Below are positions 28,610 to 38,387 of a stretch of 64,000 nt of DNA, piece after piece. The notes beneath the pieces were generated by a model. It worked only from the letters and a program-made list of their open reading frames with translations, did not search any database and had not been told where the DNA came from. Location: assembly GCA_963711895.1 (NCBI GenBank), contig CAVQFU010000005.1, positions 26,034 through 90,033 of the forward strand, read 5' to 3'. Each line of letters starts with the position of its first letter. The stretch's first letter is position 1. The position numbers and the translations under genes were made by a program. The DNA comes from an uncultured Acidobacteriota bacterium. Its GTDB lineage: Bacteria > Actinomycetota > Acidimicrobiia > Spongiisociales > ZC4RG35.

Positions 28610-31600
28610 TTGAGCGAGGCTCGGCCGAGCGACTACATACATTTCGTCCAATCTGGACTCGTCATCTTCGACGGAGCTACCGGCACCAACCTGCAGATGG
28701 TCGGTCTCACCGCCGACGACTTCGGGGGCCCGTCCCTGGAGGGATGTAACGAGTTGTTGAACCTGCGTCGTCCCGACGTGATCAGGGACCTTCACCGCTC
28801 TTTTCTCGATGTCGGGGTCGACGTGGTGGAGACCAATACGTTCGGAGCCTTTTCGGTCCCCCTCGGGGAGTACGGGCTCGAGGATCAGTCGTATGAGATC
28901 GCGGCGACCGGGGCAACGCTGGCGAGCGAGATCGTGGACGAGTTCGTCAAAGCAGACGGACGGCCACGATTCGTCGCGGGGTCGATCGGGCCCGGGACCA
29001 AGTTCGCCACCCTCGGCCAGATCTCCTATCGAGATCTCGCGGCCGCGTATGAGGTGGAATCTTCCGGGCTGATCGACGGGGGCGCCGACCTCCTCATCAT
29101 CGAGACCCAGTTCGACCTGCTCGGTGCCAAAGCCGCCATCGAGGGCGCCCGGCTGGCGATGAAGAGCGCCGGAGTAGAGATCCCGATCCAGGTCCAGGTC
29201 ACCATCGAGCTCACCGGGCGGATGTTGCCAGGGACCGAGATTGGCGCCGCCCTGACCACTCTCGAGGCGCTGGGGCCGGATGTCATCGGCCTCAACTGCG
29301 CCACGGGCCCGGCGGAGATGTATGAGCCGCTGCGTCACCTCGCCCGCCACTCGAAAGTGCCGGTGTCGGCAATACCAAACGCCGGTCTTCCCCATGTCGA
29401 GGACGGGCAGATGGCATACGACCTGTCACCGGACGACCTGGCCCATCATCTCGGTCAATTCGTCACCGAGATGGGGATCGGGGTCATCGGGGGCTGTTGC
29501 GGCACTAGCCCCGAGCACCTGGCTGCGGTGGTGGAGCGGACCCGTCCCCTGTCCCTGCCCGAGCGCAGGCCGGAGACGATCCCATCGGCGGCTTCGATCT
29601 ACAGCCAGGTTCCGTTCGACCAGGACACCTCGTTCCTGATCATCGGGGAGCGTGCCAACGCCAACGGGTCACGCGCCTTCAAGGAAGCCCTGCTCGCCGA
29701 CGACCTCGACGGATGCGTCTCCATTGGCCAGGACCAGGTAAAGGAAGGCGCGCACCTCGTCGACCTCTGTGTGGACTACGTCGGGCGGGATGGCGTGGCC
29801 GACATGAAGCGGCTGGCCGCTGCTTTCGCCACCGATGTCGCAGCACCCGTGGTGCTCGACTCCACCGAGCCCGAGGTGATGGAGGCCGGTCTGGAACGGC
29901 TCGGCGGCCGCAGCCTGCTCAACAGCGCCAACCTCGAAGATGGTGAAGAGCCGGGCTCGCGTCTCGACCGGGTCTTCGGCCTGGCTCGCAAGCACGGCGC
30001 GGGCGCCATTTGCCTGCTCATCGACGAGGAGGGACAGGCCCGCACCCTGGAGTGGAAGCTACGGATCGCCCATCGCATCCACGACCTCGCCGTCGAGCGA
30101 TACGGACTCCGTTCCGAGGACCTGATATTCGACGCGCTCACCTTCCCGCTCACCACCGGTGGCGACGACCTACGCAAGGACGCAATGATCACCCTCGACG
30201 CGATCCGGCAGATCAAGACCGAGCTGCCCGGGGTAAGGACCGTGCTCGGTGTGTCCAACGTCTCCTTTGGGCTGAACCCCGCGGCACGTCGCATCCTCAA
30301 CTCTGTGTTCCTCCACGAGGCAGTCGAAGCCGGTCTCGATGCAGCCATCGTCCATGCCGGGAAGATCGAGCCGCTGAACCGGATCGACGCCGAACAACGC
30401 CAGGTCTGCCTCGACCTCATCTATGACCGGCGTGCCGAGGGATACGACCCGTTGGAGAAGCTCCTCGAGTTGTTCGCCGGGGTGGAGACAGTGGAGCGGT
30501 CGGAGAGCGACTACGAGGGGATGGAGGTGGGGGAGCGCCTCGCCAAGCGCATCATCGACGGCGACCAGAAAAACATCATTGCCGACCTCGACGTCGCTCT
30601 CGGCGAGGGGAACGCGCCACTCGAGATCATCAACGACTACCTCCTCGATGGGATGCGGACGGTCGGCGAGCTCTTTGCCAGCGGTGAGATGCAACTCCCC
30701 TTCGTCTTGAAGTCGGCAGAGACCATGAAGAAGGCCGTCGCCTACCTGGAGCCCATGATGGAGAAGGCCGAAGGGTCGACGCGGGGCCGAATCGTGCTCG
30801 CGACGGTGTCAGGCGACGTCCACGACATCGGCAAGAACCTGGTCGACATCATCCTCACCAACAACGGGTACGAGGTGCACAACCTCGGCATCAAGATCGG
30901 CATCTCGGAGATGATCGCCAAGTTCGAGGAGACGTCGGCCGACGCCATCGGGATGAGCGGGCTCCTGGTGAAGAGCACCCTCATCATGCGAGACAATCTC
31001 GAGGAACTGGAGCGACGTGGCCTGGGCAAGGTGCCTGTCCTTCTCGGCGGGGCGGCGTTGACGAGGAACTATGTCGAAGCCGATCTCCGATCCCGGTATC
31101 AGGGCCCCCTCTATTACGGAAAGAACGCCTTCGCCGGGCTCGAGGCCATGGGGAGAATCGTCGCCGGCGAGCCCGCCCCGGAGCCGATCGCCCCTCGGCA
31201 GTATCACGATCGTGAGGCCGAGGGAGGTGTGATCCCGGCCCGATCTCCGGATGTCAAGCGGGACAACCAGATCTTCGCTCCGCCCTTCACCGGATCGCGG
31301 GTGATCCGCGGAGTCTCGATCGATGAGATCGTCCCCTATCTCAACCTGACCGCCCTGTTCCGCAATCAATGGCAGTACCGGCCGGAGAAGGGTGAGCGGG
31401 ACCTCGATTTCAAGGAACGGCTGACGCCACTGCTCCGCGAGCAGATCGCCCTTGCGCGACATGACGATCTGCTCAACCCCAAGGTGGTCTACGGGTACTT
31501 CCCGGCGAACGGCGACGGTGACGACCTCGTCATCTGGGACGATGTGAGCGCCCAGAGGGAGTTGACCAGGTTCAGCTTCCCGCGGCAGCGAGAGGACCCG

Positions 31601-32095
31601 TATCTCTGCATCGCCGACTTCTTCCGACCGGTCGGTGAGGAGGTCGACTACGCCGCCTTCCACATCGTGACCGTGGGTGACAAGGTCTCCGACCGGACCA
31701 AGGAGTTGTTCGACCAGGATCGTTACACCGACTATCTACTTCTCCATGGGCTGGGTGTGGAGATGGCGGAGGCCCTGGCCGAACATTGGCATCATCGAAT
31801 CCGAGAGGAGTGGGGGTTCGTCGACGAGGACGGTCCATCGCTGCTCGGGTTGTTCCGCCAGCAATATCGGGGCGGGCGCTTCTCGTGGGGATATCCGGCC
31901 TGTCCCGACCTCGAGGACAACGAGAAGGTGGCGTATTTGCTCGGTGCCGACCGGATCGGGATCACCGTGGGCGAGGAGACCTTCTACCAGTACCAGCCGG
32001 AGCAGACCACCTCGGCGATCATCTGTCACCACCCTCAGGCGAAGTATTTCGTCGCCCGCAAACCCAGGGAGGACCGAGATGCTGACAAAGGTTGA
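28610..32095 (+). CDS. metH: cobalamin-dependent methionine synthase
   Basis: 1161 aa containing Hcy-binding (GLNCATGP, GGCCGT), pterin-binding, B12-binding (SGDVHDIGKNLV) and AdoMet-activation domains. Confidence 0.95.
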   Translation: MSEARPSDYIHFVQSGLVIFDGATGTNLQMVGLTADDFGGPSLEGCNELLNLRRPDVIRDLHRSFLDVGVDVVETNTFGAFSVPLGEYGLEDQSYEIAATGATLASEIVDEFVKADGRPRFVAGSIGPGTKFATLGQISYRDLAAAYEVESSGLIDGGADLLIIETQFDLLGAKAAIEGARLAMKSAGVEIPIQVQVTIELTGRMLPGTEIGAALTTLEALGPDVIGLNCATGPAEMYEPLRHLARHSKVPVSAIPNAGLPHVEDGQMAYDLSPDDLAHHLGQFVTEMGIGVIGGCCGTSPEHLAAVVERTRPLSLPERRPETIPSAASIYSQVPFDQDTSFLIIGERANANGSRAFKEALLADDLDGCVSIGQDQVKEGAHLVDLCVDYVGRDGVADMKRLAAAFATDVAAPVVLDSTEPEVMEAGLERLGGRSLLNSANLEDGEEPGSRLDRVFGLARKHGAGAICLLIDEEGQARTLEWKLRIAHRIHDLAVERYGLRSEDLIFDALTFPLTTGGDDLRKDAMITLDAIRQIKTELPGVRTVLGVSNVSFGLNPAARRILNSVFLHEAVEAGLDAAIVHAGKIEPLNRIDAEQRQVCLDLIYDRRAEGYDPLEKLLELFAGVETVERSESDYEGMEVGERLAKRIIDGDQKNIIADLDVALGEGNAPLEIINDYLLDGMRTVGELFASGEMQLPFVLKSAETMKKAVAYLEPMMEKAEGSTRGRIVLATVSGDVHDIGKNLVDIILTNNGYEVHNLGIKIGISEMIAKFEETSADAIGMSGLLVKSTLIMRDNLEELERRGLGKVPVLLGGAALTRNYVEADLRSRYQGPLYYGKNAFAGLEAMGRIVAGEPAPEPIAPRQYHDREAEGGVIPARSPDVKRDNQIFAPPFTGSRVIRGVSIDEIVPYLNLTALFRNQWQYRPEKGERDLDFKERLTPLLREQIALARHDDLLNPKVVYGYFPANGDGDDLVIWDDVSAQRELTRFSFPRQREDPYLCIADFFRPVGEEVDYAAFHIVTVGDKVSDRTKELFDQDRYTDYLLLHGLGVEMAEALAEHWHHRIREEWGFVDEDGPSLLGLFRQQYRGGRFSWGYPACPDLEDNEKVAYLLGADRIGITVGEETFYQYQPEQTTSAIICHHPQAKYFVARKPREDRDADKG

Positions 32096-32873
32096 CGGCT
32101 GGGTCAGGATCGCCGAGATCAACCCACCCGAGCTCCCCAACCTCCAGCATCGGAGTTTGTCCCCGGCGTGGAGCCATGTGCTGGTGACCGACAACGTCTT
32201 CGGTCGGATCCGGGTCTCGCCGTATGCGTTCTCGGCCCGGATCACCCACGACACGCCTGACGTGCACCCTACGGTCGTGGTGTCGACGAGGGATCGCAAC
32301 ATCCTGGCCATCGAATCCGAGGTCAGAGGTGCCCTGGGCAACGGGGTGGACTCCTTCCTGGTGGTTATCGGCGACACCGTGCCCCATGTCGACCATCTGG
32401 CCCATCACTACGAGATCGTCGAGCACCTGCGTGAGCTCCAGGAGAACCTGCCCGATTTCGAAGTCGGCATGCCCTCCCGCTTCCGGGAATGGCAATTCCG
32501 GAGGAGGATCGAGCTGGGCGCCCAGTTCTTTGTCACCGGGCCGATCCTCGATCCTGAAGTGATGGAGCGGCACATAGGCCTGCTCAACCTGAAGCCGGAG
32601 GACCCTCCCGTCTTCGTGATGATCATCCCGCCATTCAGCCTGTCCTGGGTGGAGCAGATGGAGGCCATCGGGTCGGTCCCGTCGACCGATGACCTGAAGG
32701 AGCGACTGACCGACCTGACCCCCGAGGTGGGTCGCAAGCTGGGATGGGAGCTGACTTCCGAGTTGGAGAAGCGGGCCCAGGACGCGGGGGCGGCCGGGGT
32801 GATCCTCATGGGGCTCAAGTACGACTCGGTGGTTGGTGAGGCGGCGGACAACTGGCTGAATCGGGAGAAGTGA
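32079..32873 (+). CDS. methylenetetrahydrofolate reductase-family (MetF-like, non-canonical short) protein
   Basis: Start MLTKVDGW at ATG 32079, overlapping the metH end by 17 nt. VVVSTRDRNILAIESEVRGALGNGVDSFLVVIGD, GAQFFVTGPILD and PVFVMIIPPFS align with MTHFR TIM-barrel landmarks as I remember them. Confidence 0.6.
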   Translation: MLTKVDGWVRIAEINPPELPNLQHRSLSPAWSHVLVTDNVFGRIRVSPYAFSARITHDTPDVHPTVVVSTRDRNILAIESEVRGALGNGVDSFLVVIGDTVPHVDHLAHHYEIVEHLRELQENLPDFEVGMPSRFREWQFRRRIELGAQFFVTGPILDPEVMERHIGLLNLKPEDPPVFVMIIPPFSLSWVEQMEAIGSVPSTDDLKERLTDLTPEVGRKLGWELTSELEKRAQDAGAAGVILMGLKYDSVVGEAADNWLNREK

Positions 32874-32879
32874 CCACCG

Positions 32880-34187
32880 TCAGGGCGGGTCGGGCCCGGT
32901 GGTGTAGGTGTGTCCGAGTGGGCTGGTCCACTGGTAGATACCGGGTCTGATCTGTTCGAGTTTCCAGCCGCGTTGGTGATGGTTGTTGTGGTGGTGGCGG
33001 CAGAGTGGTCCTAGCTCTCGGATGGTGGTCCGGTGGGCTTGGGCCCAGGGAATCTCATGGTTGAGATCGGATTGGGCGGAGTCGATCCGGCATCCAGGGT
33101 AGACACAGGTGGGATTGCGGGCCTCGACTGCTCGTCTCTGCGATGTCGTTGGTCTTCTCTTGGTGATGGTGACTCCGACCGGCTGTCCGTTCTCGTCGAC
33201 TGGGATGATTCGCAATTCAGCATCGGATGCTTCGTCGACGATCTGACGGGCGACGTCGGCGATGACCGGCCCGAAACCGGGGATTTCGGCGGGCTTGTCG
33301 TCGATGCCGGCCAGGGTGGTCATAGCCACTCGGATATCGACCACCCCTCGGTCGCCGCCTGATCCTTTCTCACCAGCCTGGTTCCTGCCGGTGAGTAGGT
33401 CGAGGAGGATGTCGGCTCGGATCTGGTCGATGGATCGGGGATCACCAGTCTTCTTGGCGGCTAGGGCGAGACGGTTGATTCTTCTCATTGCGGAACTGGC
33501 ATCTCCCGGGGGCAGGTCGAGGCCGGAGAGGTTGGCGGTGCCGGCATCGGTCATCTCCGAGATGACCCGACGGTCTTTCAGTCGCTTCTCATAACGGTCT
33601 TTGGCCGAAGCCGGGTCGATCGAAATGATGAGTCGTTGGATCCGGGCCCGAAGTTGTCCGGTGGTCTGATCGGAAGCCCGTTCCATGGCGGCGTCACACA
33701 CCTGTTGAGCCAGTTCCCGGGGGAGATGACAGGTCTGATCGCAGAGGACCCGAGCCTTTGGCAGGTCGATGAGACCGTCGTGGAGTGCCCGCCAAACATG
33801 AGGGAGACGCTCGGTTAGCTGGAAAGCAAGATCAGTCTGTATTTCCCCGGCTCGACGGGTCAGGTTCAGCGCAGCCTGGACTTCGGAAGCCGTCGTGTAG
33901 AAGACATCCTGAGGATCGGGACATTCCAGATTGGCCAGTTCGCCGACCGCTTCAGAGACGGCACCGATATCGGCATACATTTCGGCTTGGAGATGAGCGA
34001 TCTGCCGAGCGCGAGCCTTCAACAATTCCACCCGGTCAAATCCCGATAGACGATCCCGATCGACCGAAGACAAGATCACCGCCAGTAGGAGACCCGGTGG
34101 GATCGAATCCAAATCAGCCGGTAACCCCTGGTCGTCGTCGGATTCCGGATCGAGAAGATCGAGATCAGAAGCCAACATCTCGGGCAT
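32880..34187 (-). CDS. DUF222 / HNH endonuclease family protein (13E12-repeat-like), second copy
   Basis: C-terminal CVYPGCRIDSAQSDLNHEIPWAQAHRTTIRELGPLCRHHHNNHHQRGW, with a DUF222-like N-region. Confidence 0.85.
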   Translation of the reverse strand: MPEMLASDLDLLDPESDDDQGLPADLDSIPPGLLLAVILSSVDRDRLSGFDRVELLKARARQIAHLQAEMYADIGAVSEAVGELANLECPDPQDVFYTTASEVQAALNLTRRAGEIQTDLAFQLTERLPHVWRALHDGLIDLPKARVLCDQTCHLPRELAQQVCDAAMERASDQTTGQLRARIQRLIISIDPASAKDRYEKRLKDRRVISEMTDAGTANLSGLDLPPGDASSAMRRINRLALAAKKTGDPRSIDQIRADILLDLLTGRNQAGEKGSGGDRGVVDIRVAMTTLAGIDDKPAEIPGFGPVIADVARQIVDEASDAELRIIPVDENGQPVGVTITKRRPTTSQRRAVEARNPTCVYPGCRIDSAQSDLNHEIPWAQAHRTTIRELGPLCRHHHNNHHQRGWKLEQIRPGIYQWTSPLGHTYTTGPDPP

Positions 34188-34201
34188 CGAACATATGTTC
34201 G
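34188..34201. promoter_or_regulatory. LexA (SOS/Cheo) box CGAACATATGTTCG
   Basis: Perfect 14-bp palindrome matching CGAACRNRYGTTCG (also TCGAAC-N4-GTTCG), directly abutting the HNH gene start codon (34187). Confidence 0.65.
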
Positions 34202-34360
34202 CTACGCTACAACCCGGCCAGGACAGATTCCATACCCCTGTGGGGGAAATCTCGGAAACTTCTTCCGCAACAGCGATGAGTTAGCAAGCGCATCCAAGCC
34301 CGCACAAGGGTCCACCGGCCCCTAAAGAAAAATGCGCGAAATCTCCGATAAGAACTCATC

Positions 34361-35758
34361 ATGGGGACGGACCGCCTGTCCAGTCCAACAGCGCGGAGAC
34401 GCGCAGTTGGGATCGCCATCGGGGCGACACTGCTCCTCGTTGTCCTCGTTGTCGGTCTCACCTTCGCCAATTCGGTAGGCGCGGCCCGAGTGGCGGGGAA
34501 TGCCTCCGACCTGCACTGGACCAATGCCACCCTCGGCACAGGCGCCCTCACCAGGGCTGCAATGGTCCAGGCCACCACCTTTTCGGAGCTGGCCGTCAGC
34601 GGGCTCGTCACCAAGGACGACCTGGCGGTGGCAATGGGCGAGGCCCGCGATGCGCGGGACCGGCTGGCCGAACTTCTCGATGCGTCGGGTACGAGCGCAT
34701 CGACTGCCGCTCTGACCCATTTCCTGGCCCGTATCGACGAGGCGCTGGCTGACCTCGACGAGGGTGACTTCGCCGCTTCCAAGACAGTGCTGATGACCGA
34801 TGCGGAGCGCGCCTACATCGACCTGGTCGACTCGCTCCAGACTGAGCAGACACAGATCCAGGCCCAGATCGACGCCAACACTGCCGGCTCTCGCCGCACG
34901 ACCGAGTTCATCCAGTTCTTCCTGATGTTGGCCATCCCCGCCTCGGCGGTCCTCATCTATCGGTTCGTGGCTCGCCGCCAGATGCGAGAGCTTCGTCTCA
35001 AGGTCGATCTGGAACTGGAGAAGGAGAGGGAGATCGGCCGGGCCAAGGACGAGTTCATCGCCGGGCTCTCCCATGAACTGCGGACCCCGCTCACCTCCAT
35101 CTACGGATTCGCAGAGATACTCACCGATGGTGGCGCCGAAGACCAGGCGACGGCCGTCGAGGTGTCGCAGATCATCGCCAACGAGGCAGCGGAGATGACT
35201 CGAATGGTCGACGATCTCCTCGCCGTGGCCAGGCTCGAGAGCACGGGAGTTCAGATCGAGATGAGCCCGACCCATGTCACCGACGTAGTCGACTCGGCGA
35301 TTCTTCCCTTCGAGCGGGCCGGTCTAAAGATCATGAAGGGCGGCGTGGACGCCGTCGTGTCCACGGACGCCGCCCGGCTCCGTCATGTCTTGATCAATCT
35401 CATCTCGAACGCGGCCCGCCACGGCGGCCCCAATGTGGGTGTCGAGGTGTCAACGGGCGATGGCGTGGTCGACATCGAAGTGTGGGATGACGGTGCCGGC
35501 GTTCCCGACGACCAGCTCGAAAGACTCTTCGACACTTTCATCCACAACGGCGCGGCAACACTCATGACCGGGACACTCGGTCTGGGTCTGGGAGTGGCCG
35601 CACGCCTCATGGACCTGCTAGGCGGCAAGCTCGTCTATCAGCGCTTCGCTCAGAAGAGCTACTTCATCGTTTCCCTGCCCCTTCTCGCCGAGGCGGTCGA
35701 GGCCCCGAAGACTGACGACACGACGGTGGCACATCTGATCCGTGCCATGTCGGCGTGA
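34361..35758 (+). CDS. sensor histidine kinase (two TM helices flanking an extracytoplasmic helical domain, then HisKA and HATPase_c)
   Basis: H-box FIAGLSHELRTPLTSIYG, N-box LINLISNAARHG, and G-boxes WDDGAGVP and GTLGLGLGVA. No response regulator is adjacent. Confidence 0.85.
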   Translation: MGTDRLSSPTARRRAVGIAIGATLLLVVLVVGLTFANSVGAARVAGNASDLHWTNATLGTGALTRAAMVQATTFSELAVSGLVTKDDLAVAMGEARDARDRLAELLDASGTSASTAALTHFLARIDEALADLDEGDFAASKTVLMTDAERAYIDLVDSLQTEQTQIQAQIDANTAGSRRTTEFIQFFLMLAIPASAVLIYRFVARRQMRELRLKVDLELEKEREIGRAKDEFIAGLSHELRTPLTSIYGFAEILTDGGAEDQATAVEVSQIIANEAAEMTRMVDDLLAVARLESTGVQIEMSPTHVTDVVDSAILPFERAGLKIMKGGVDAVVSTDAARLRHVLINLISNAARHGGPNVGVEVSTGDGVVDIEVWDDGAGVPDDQLERLFDTFIHNGAATLMTGTLGLGLGVAARLMDLLGGKLVYQRFAQKSYFIVSLPLLAEAVEAPKTDDTTVAHLIRAMSA

Positions 35759-36915
35759 GGCGTCTCACCGCAGTCCTGGCAGCCATCGCAATGATGGGTC
35801 TGGCCGTTACCGCGTCCGCCCATGAGACCGAGCACTACAAGGACAAGTTCACTTCGATCAGCTGGCACGGATCTGACGGTTCGCTGCCCTGGCCCGGGCC
35901 TTGGACCGAGATAGGGGATGACGGAGACGAGAAGAAGGGCAACGTGCGAGTGGTGTCGTCGGGGAACTGCTCGGGCACCTGCATGCGGATGAGCGCCCTC
36001 ACCACTCTGCTTGGCGCGATCGGCGCAGAGCGATCGGCCGATACCAGCGATCTCCAGGACGTAACCCTCAGCTTTGACGTCAGGAGCACGTCGTCGCTCC
36101 TCGCCTCCACCTTGAATGTCCAGGTCAACGGGGGTGGTGGCTGGGTCAACGTCGCCGAGTACCAGCTGGCTCCTGGGATCAACGAGCACCCCACCATCGA
36201 CGTGAGCGATTTCAGTTCTGAGAACTTCCGGGTTCGCTTCCTCTTCTCGGGACTCCTCCTCAGCAGCGAGGTGTACATCGACACCGTCGAGATCCGGGGC
36301 GCGCTCGCCGAGTCGACGACCACCACAACAACCACAGTCCCTCAGACCACAACGACGACGGCTCCGACGACAACGACGACTCAGCCCACCACCACTACTA
36401 CGAGACCCGGTGCCACGACGTCCACGTCGACGCCGGGATCTGGATCACCTGTCACCACTATCAAGGCGCAGCCGGGGAGCCAGCCGCCGACCACGACCAC
36501 AGTGCCGGGAAATGCGGATGGGAGCACGACATCGACGACGCCGGAATCCACGGCCAGCTCAATCGTCGCCGTCGGGCCCGGCGGGCCGGGTGGTGGGCCC
36601 AATCAGGGCGGCCCCGATGACGAGGGCACTAGCGGCGATGGTTCGATCGATGCGTTCGGCCCCGGCGGGAGCGGGATCCGAGCTGCCGCCCGCGGGCTCC
36701 AGGCCAACTTCCAGGGCGATCTCTACGGGGAGGTGCGGACGGTTTCCGCACTCAACGGAGTCGATTTTCGGGCGGACTTCAGCATGGCAGTGGAAGTGAT
36801 CGAGGCATCGTGGGCGTGGATCGTGTTGCTTGGCCTGGTGATTGCCTATTCCATCATCTCCGGTCTCGACCGACGCCGGGTGGACCCGGAAGGGATCTCC
36901 CAGGCGGCCCGCTAG
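35755..36915 (+). CDS. secreted Thr/Pro-rich protein with C-terminal membrane anchor
   Basis: Signal peptide MRRLTAVLAAIAMMGLAVTASA, a ~180-aa globular region, a long poly-Thr/Pro linker, and a terminal helix WAWIVLLGLVIAYSIISGL followed by DRRR. GTGA overlap with the kinase stop. Confidence 0.6.
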   Translation: MRRLTAVLAAIAMMGLAVTASAHETEHYKDKFTSISWHGSDGSLPWPGPWTEIGDDGDEKKGNVRVVSSGNCSGTCMRMSALTTLLGAIGAERSADTSDLQDVTLSFDVRSTSSLLASTLNVQVNGGGGWVNVAEYQLAPGINEHPTIDVSDFSSENFRVRFLFSGLLLSSEVYIDTVEIRGALAESTTTTTTTVPQTTTTTAPTTTTTQPTTTTTRPGATTSTSTPGSGSPVTTIKAQPGSQPPTTTTVPGNADGSTTSTTPESTASSIVAVGPGGPGGGPNQGGPDDEGTSGDGSIDAFGPGGSGIRAAARGLQANFQGDLYGEVRTVSALNGVDFRADFSMAVEVIEASWAWIVLLGLVIAYSIISGLDRRRVDPEGISQAAR

Positions 36916-36927
36916 GCCCGTTCTACC

Positions 36928-37461
36928 GTGGCGGGTATGCAGCTCGCCCTCGATCTGTTCCTGATATTCACGCTGCGTCTTCTCGACGTGGGCATGGCCA
37001 CGGTTCGCATCGTCCTGATCAGCCGGGGGCGGCGTGGGCCGGCGGCACTGCTCGGATTCTTCGAGGCATTGGTATGGGTCATTGCCATCTCGAGGGTGTT
37101 GGCCGGGCTCGACGATCCGGCACGGATGATCGCGTTCGCCCTCGGCTTCGCCGCCGGGACCTATGCCGGCTCGATGGTCGAGGAGTGGCTCGCATTGGGC
37201 CAATCCCTCATCCGGGTTGTGGCGCCCGTCCACACCGATCCCGTTGCCCCGTTGCTTCGGGAACAGGGTTACGGTGCGACGGTGCTCAATGGTGACGGTC
37301 GGAACGGCGAGGTGCGGGTCACTTTCTGCGTCATCCCGAGGAAGGAGGTGTGGTCGGTGACCCATCTGATCCACGAGGCGAACCCCGAGGCCTTCGTCAC
37401 TGTCGAGCAGACCTCTACCGTCGATCTGGCTGCAAAACATGGGGGCGACGTCCAGCGATAA
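36928..37461 (+). CDS. UPF0316/DUF2179-family membrane protein
   Basis: Three N-terminal TM helices and a C-terminal GYGATVLNGDGRNGEVRVTFCVIPRKE DUF2179-like domain. Confidence 0.6.
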   Translation: MAGMQLALDLFLIFTLRLLDVGMATVRIVLISRGRRGPAALLGFFEALVWVIAISRVLAGLDDPARMIAFALGFAAGTYAGSMVEEWLALGQSLIRVVAPVHTDPVAPLLREQGYGATVLNGDGRNGEVRVTFCVIPRKEVWSVTHLIHEANPEAFVTVEQTSTVDLAAKHGGDVQR

Positions 37462-38386
37462 CCACGACCGGGGGCCGATCGAGGGCTTCTTCGAGGACCT
37501 GCGCCTTCGCGTCGTGGCCTCGGCGACTGCGCCGTTCCGCCATGCCCCCTACCCGCTGGCCCGCAGTCTCGACTATCGAGGCGACCCGGGGCTCTTCGGT
37601 CCCGAATCGGTGTCCTGGCGTGTCATCGGCGATGCCGCTTCGTTCGTAGGTGGCGTCCGTGCCCTGCTCATCCAGGCGGCCCACCCCGAAGTCGTGGCCG
37701 GTGTCGGCGACCACTCCCGCTACCGCGAAGATCCTCTGGGGCGTCTGTCGCGTACCTCCGCCTATGTGACCGCCACTACCTATGGCGCCATGCCCGAGGT
37801 CGACCAGGCTGTGGCCCAGGTGCGTCGCATCCATCGGGTCGTGTCAGGGACCTCGAGTCGTGGCGCCGCATACGACGCCGACGACCCCGGATTCTCGGCC
37901 TGGGTCCACAACGCCCTCACCGATTCCTTCCTCGTCGCCAACCAGACCTTCGGGACGGATCGTCTCAGCCCGGCTGAGGCAGATCAGTTCGTGCTCGAGC
38001 AAACCCGTGTAGGTGCCCTTCTCGGTGCCAACCCGATGCCCACCACTTCCGCTGACCTGTCCAAATGGATAGAGCGGCACCCGGAGCTGGCGCCCTCTCC
38101 TGAGATGGATGATGCCGTGGACTTTCTCACCGACCCACCCCTGGAGCCGGGTCTCAAGATCGGCTACAAGCTGATGATGGAGGCAGCGGTAGCCACCCTT
38201 CCGGGACGGCTGCGCGAGATCCTCGGATTGACCAAGACACCCGGGGCGGTAACCGTGGGGAAGGGGGTGGTGTCCGGTCTCACCTGGGCCCTCGGTGCGT
38301 CTCCGTCGTGGCAGCTGGCGCTGGTCCGGGTAGGCGCCCCATTGCCGGAAGGACGGTTCAAGCAACCGTTGCCAGTTCGAGCCTGA
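37439..38386 (+). CDS. oxygenase MpaB-family (DUF2236) protein
   Basis: GLFGPESVSWRVIGDAASFVGGVRALLIQAAHPEVVAGV is the typical DUF2236 N-terminal signature. Confidence 0.7.
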   Translation: MGATSSDNHDRGPIEGFFEDLRLRVVASATAPFRHAPYPLARSLDYRGDPGLFGPESVSWRVIGDAASFVGGVRALLIQAAHPEVVAGVGDHSRYREDPLGRLSRTSAYVTATTYGAMPEVDQAVAQVRRIHRVVSGTSSRGAAYDADDPGFSAWVHNALTDSFLVANQTFGTDRLSPAEADQFVLEQTRVGALLGANPMPTTSADLSKWIERHPELAPSPEMDDAVDFLTDPPLEPGLKIGYKLMMEAAVATLPGRLREILGLTKTPGAVTVGKGVVSGLTWALGASPSWQLALVRVGAPLPEGRFKQPLPVRA

Positions 38387-38387
38387 C

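Noticed and set aside
36310-36560. ACN-rich low-complexity DNA considered as a non-coding microsatellite
   Set aside because: It lies inside an intact ORF and encodes a poly-Thr/Pro linker between a globular domain and a membrane anchor.
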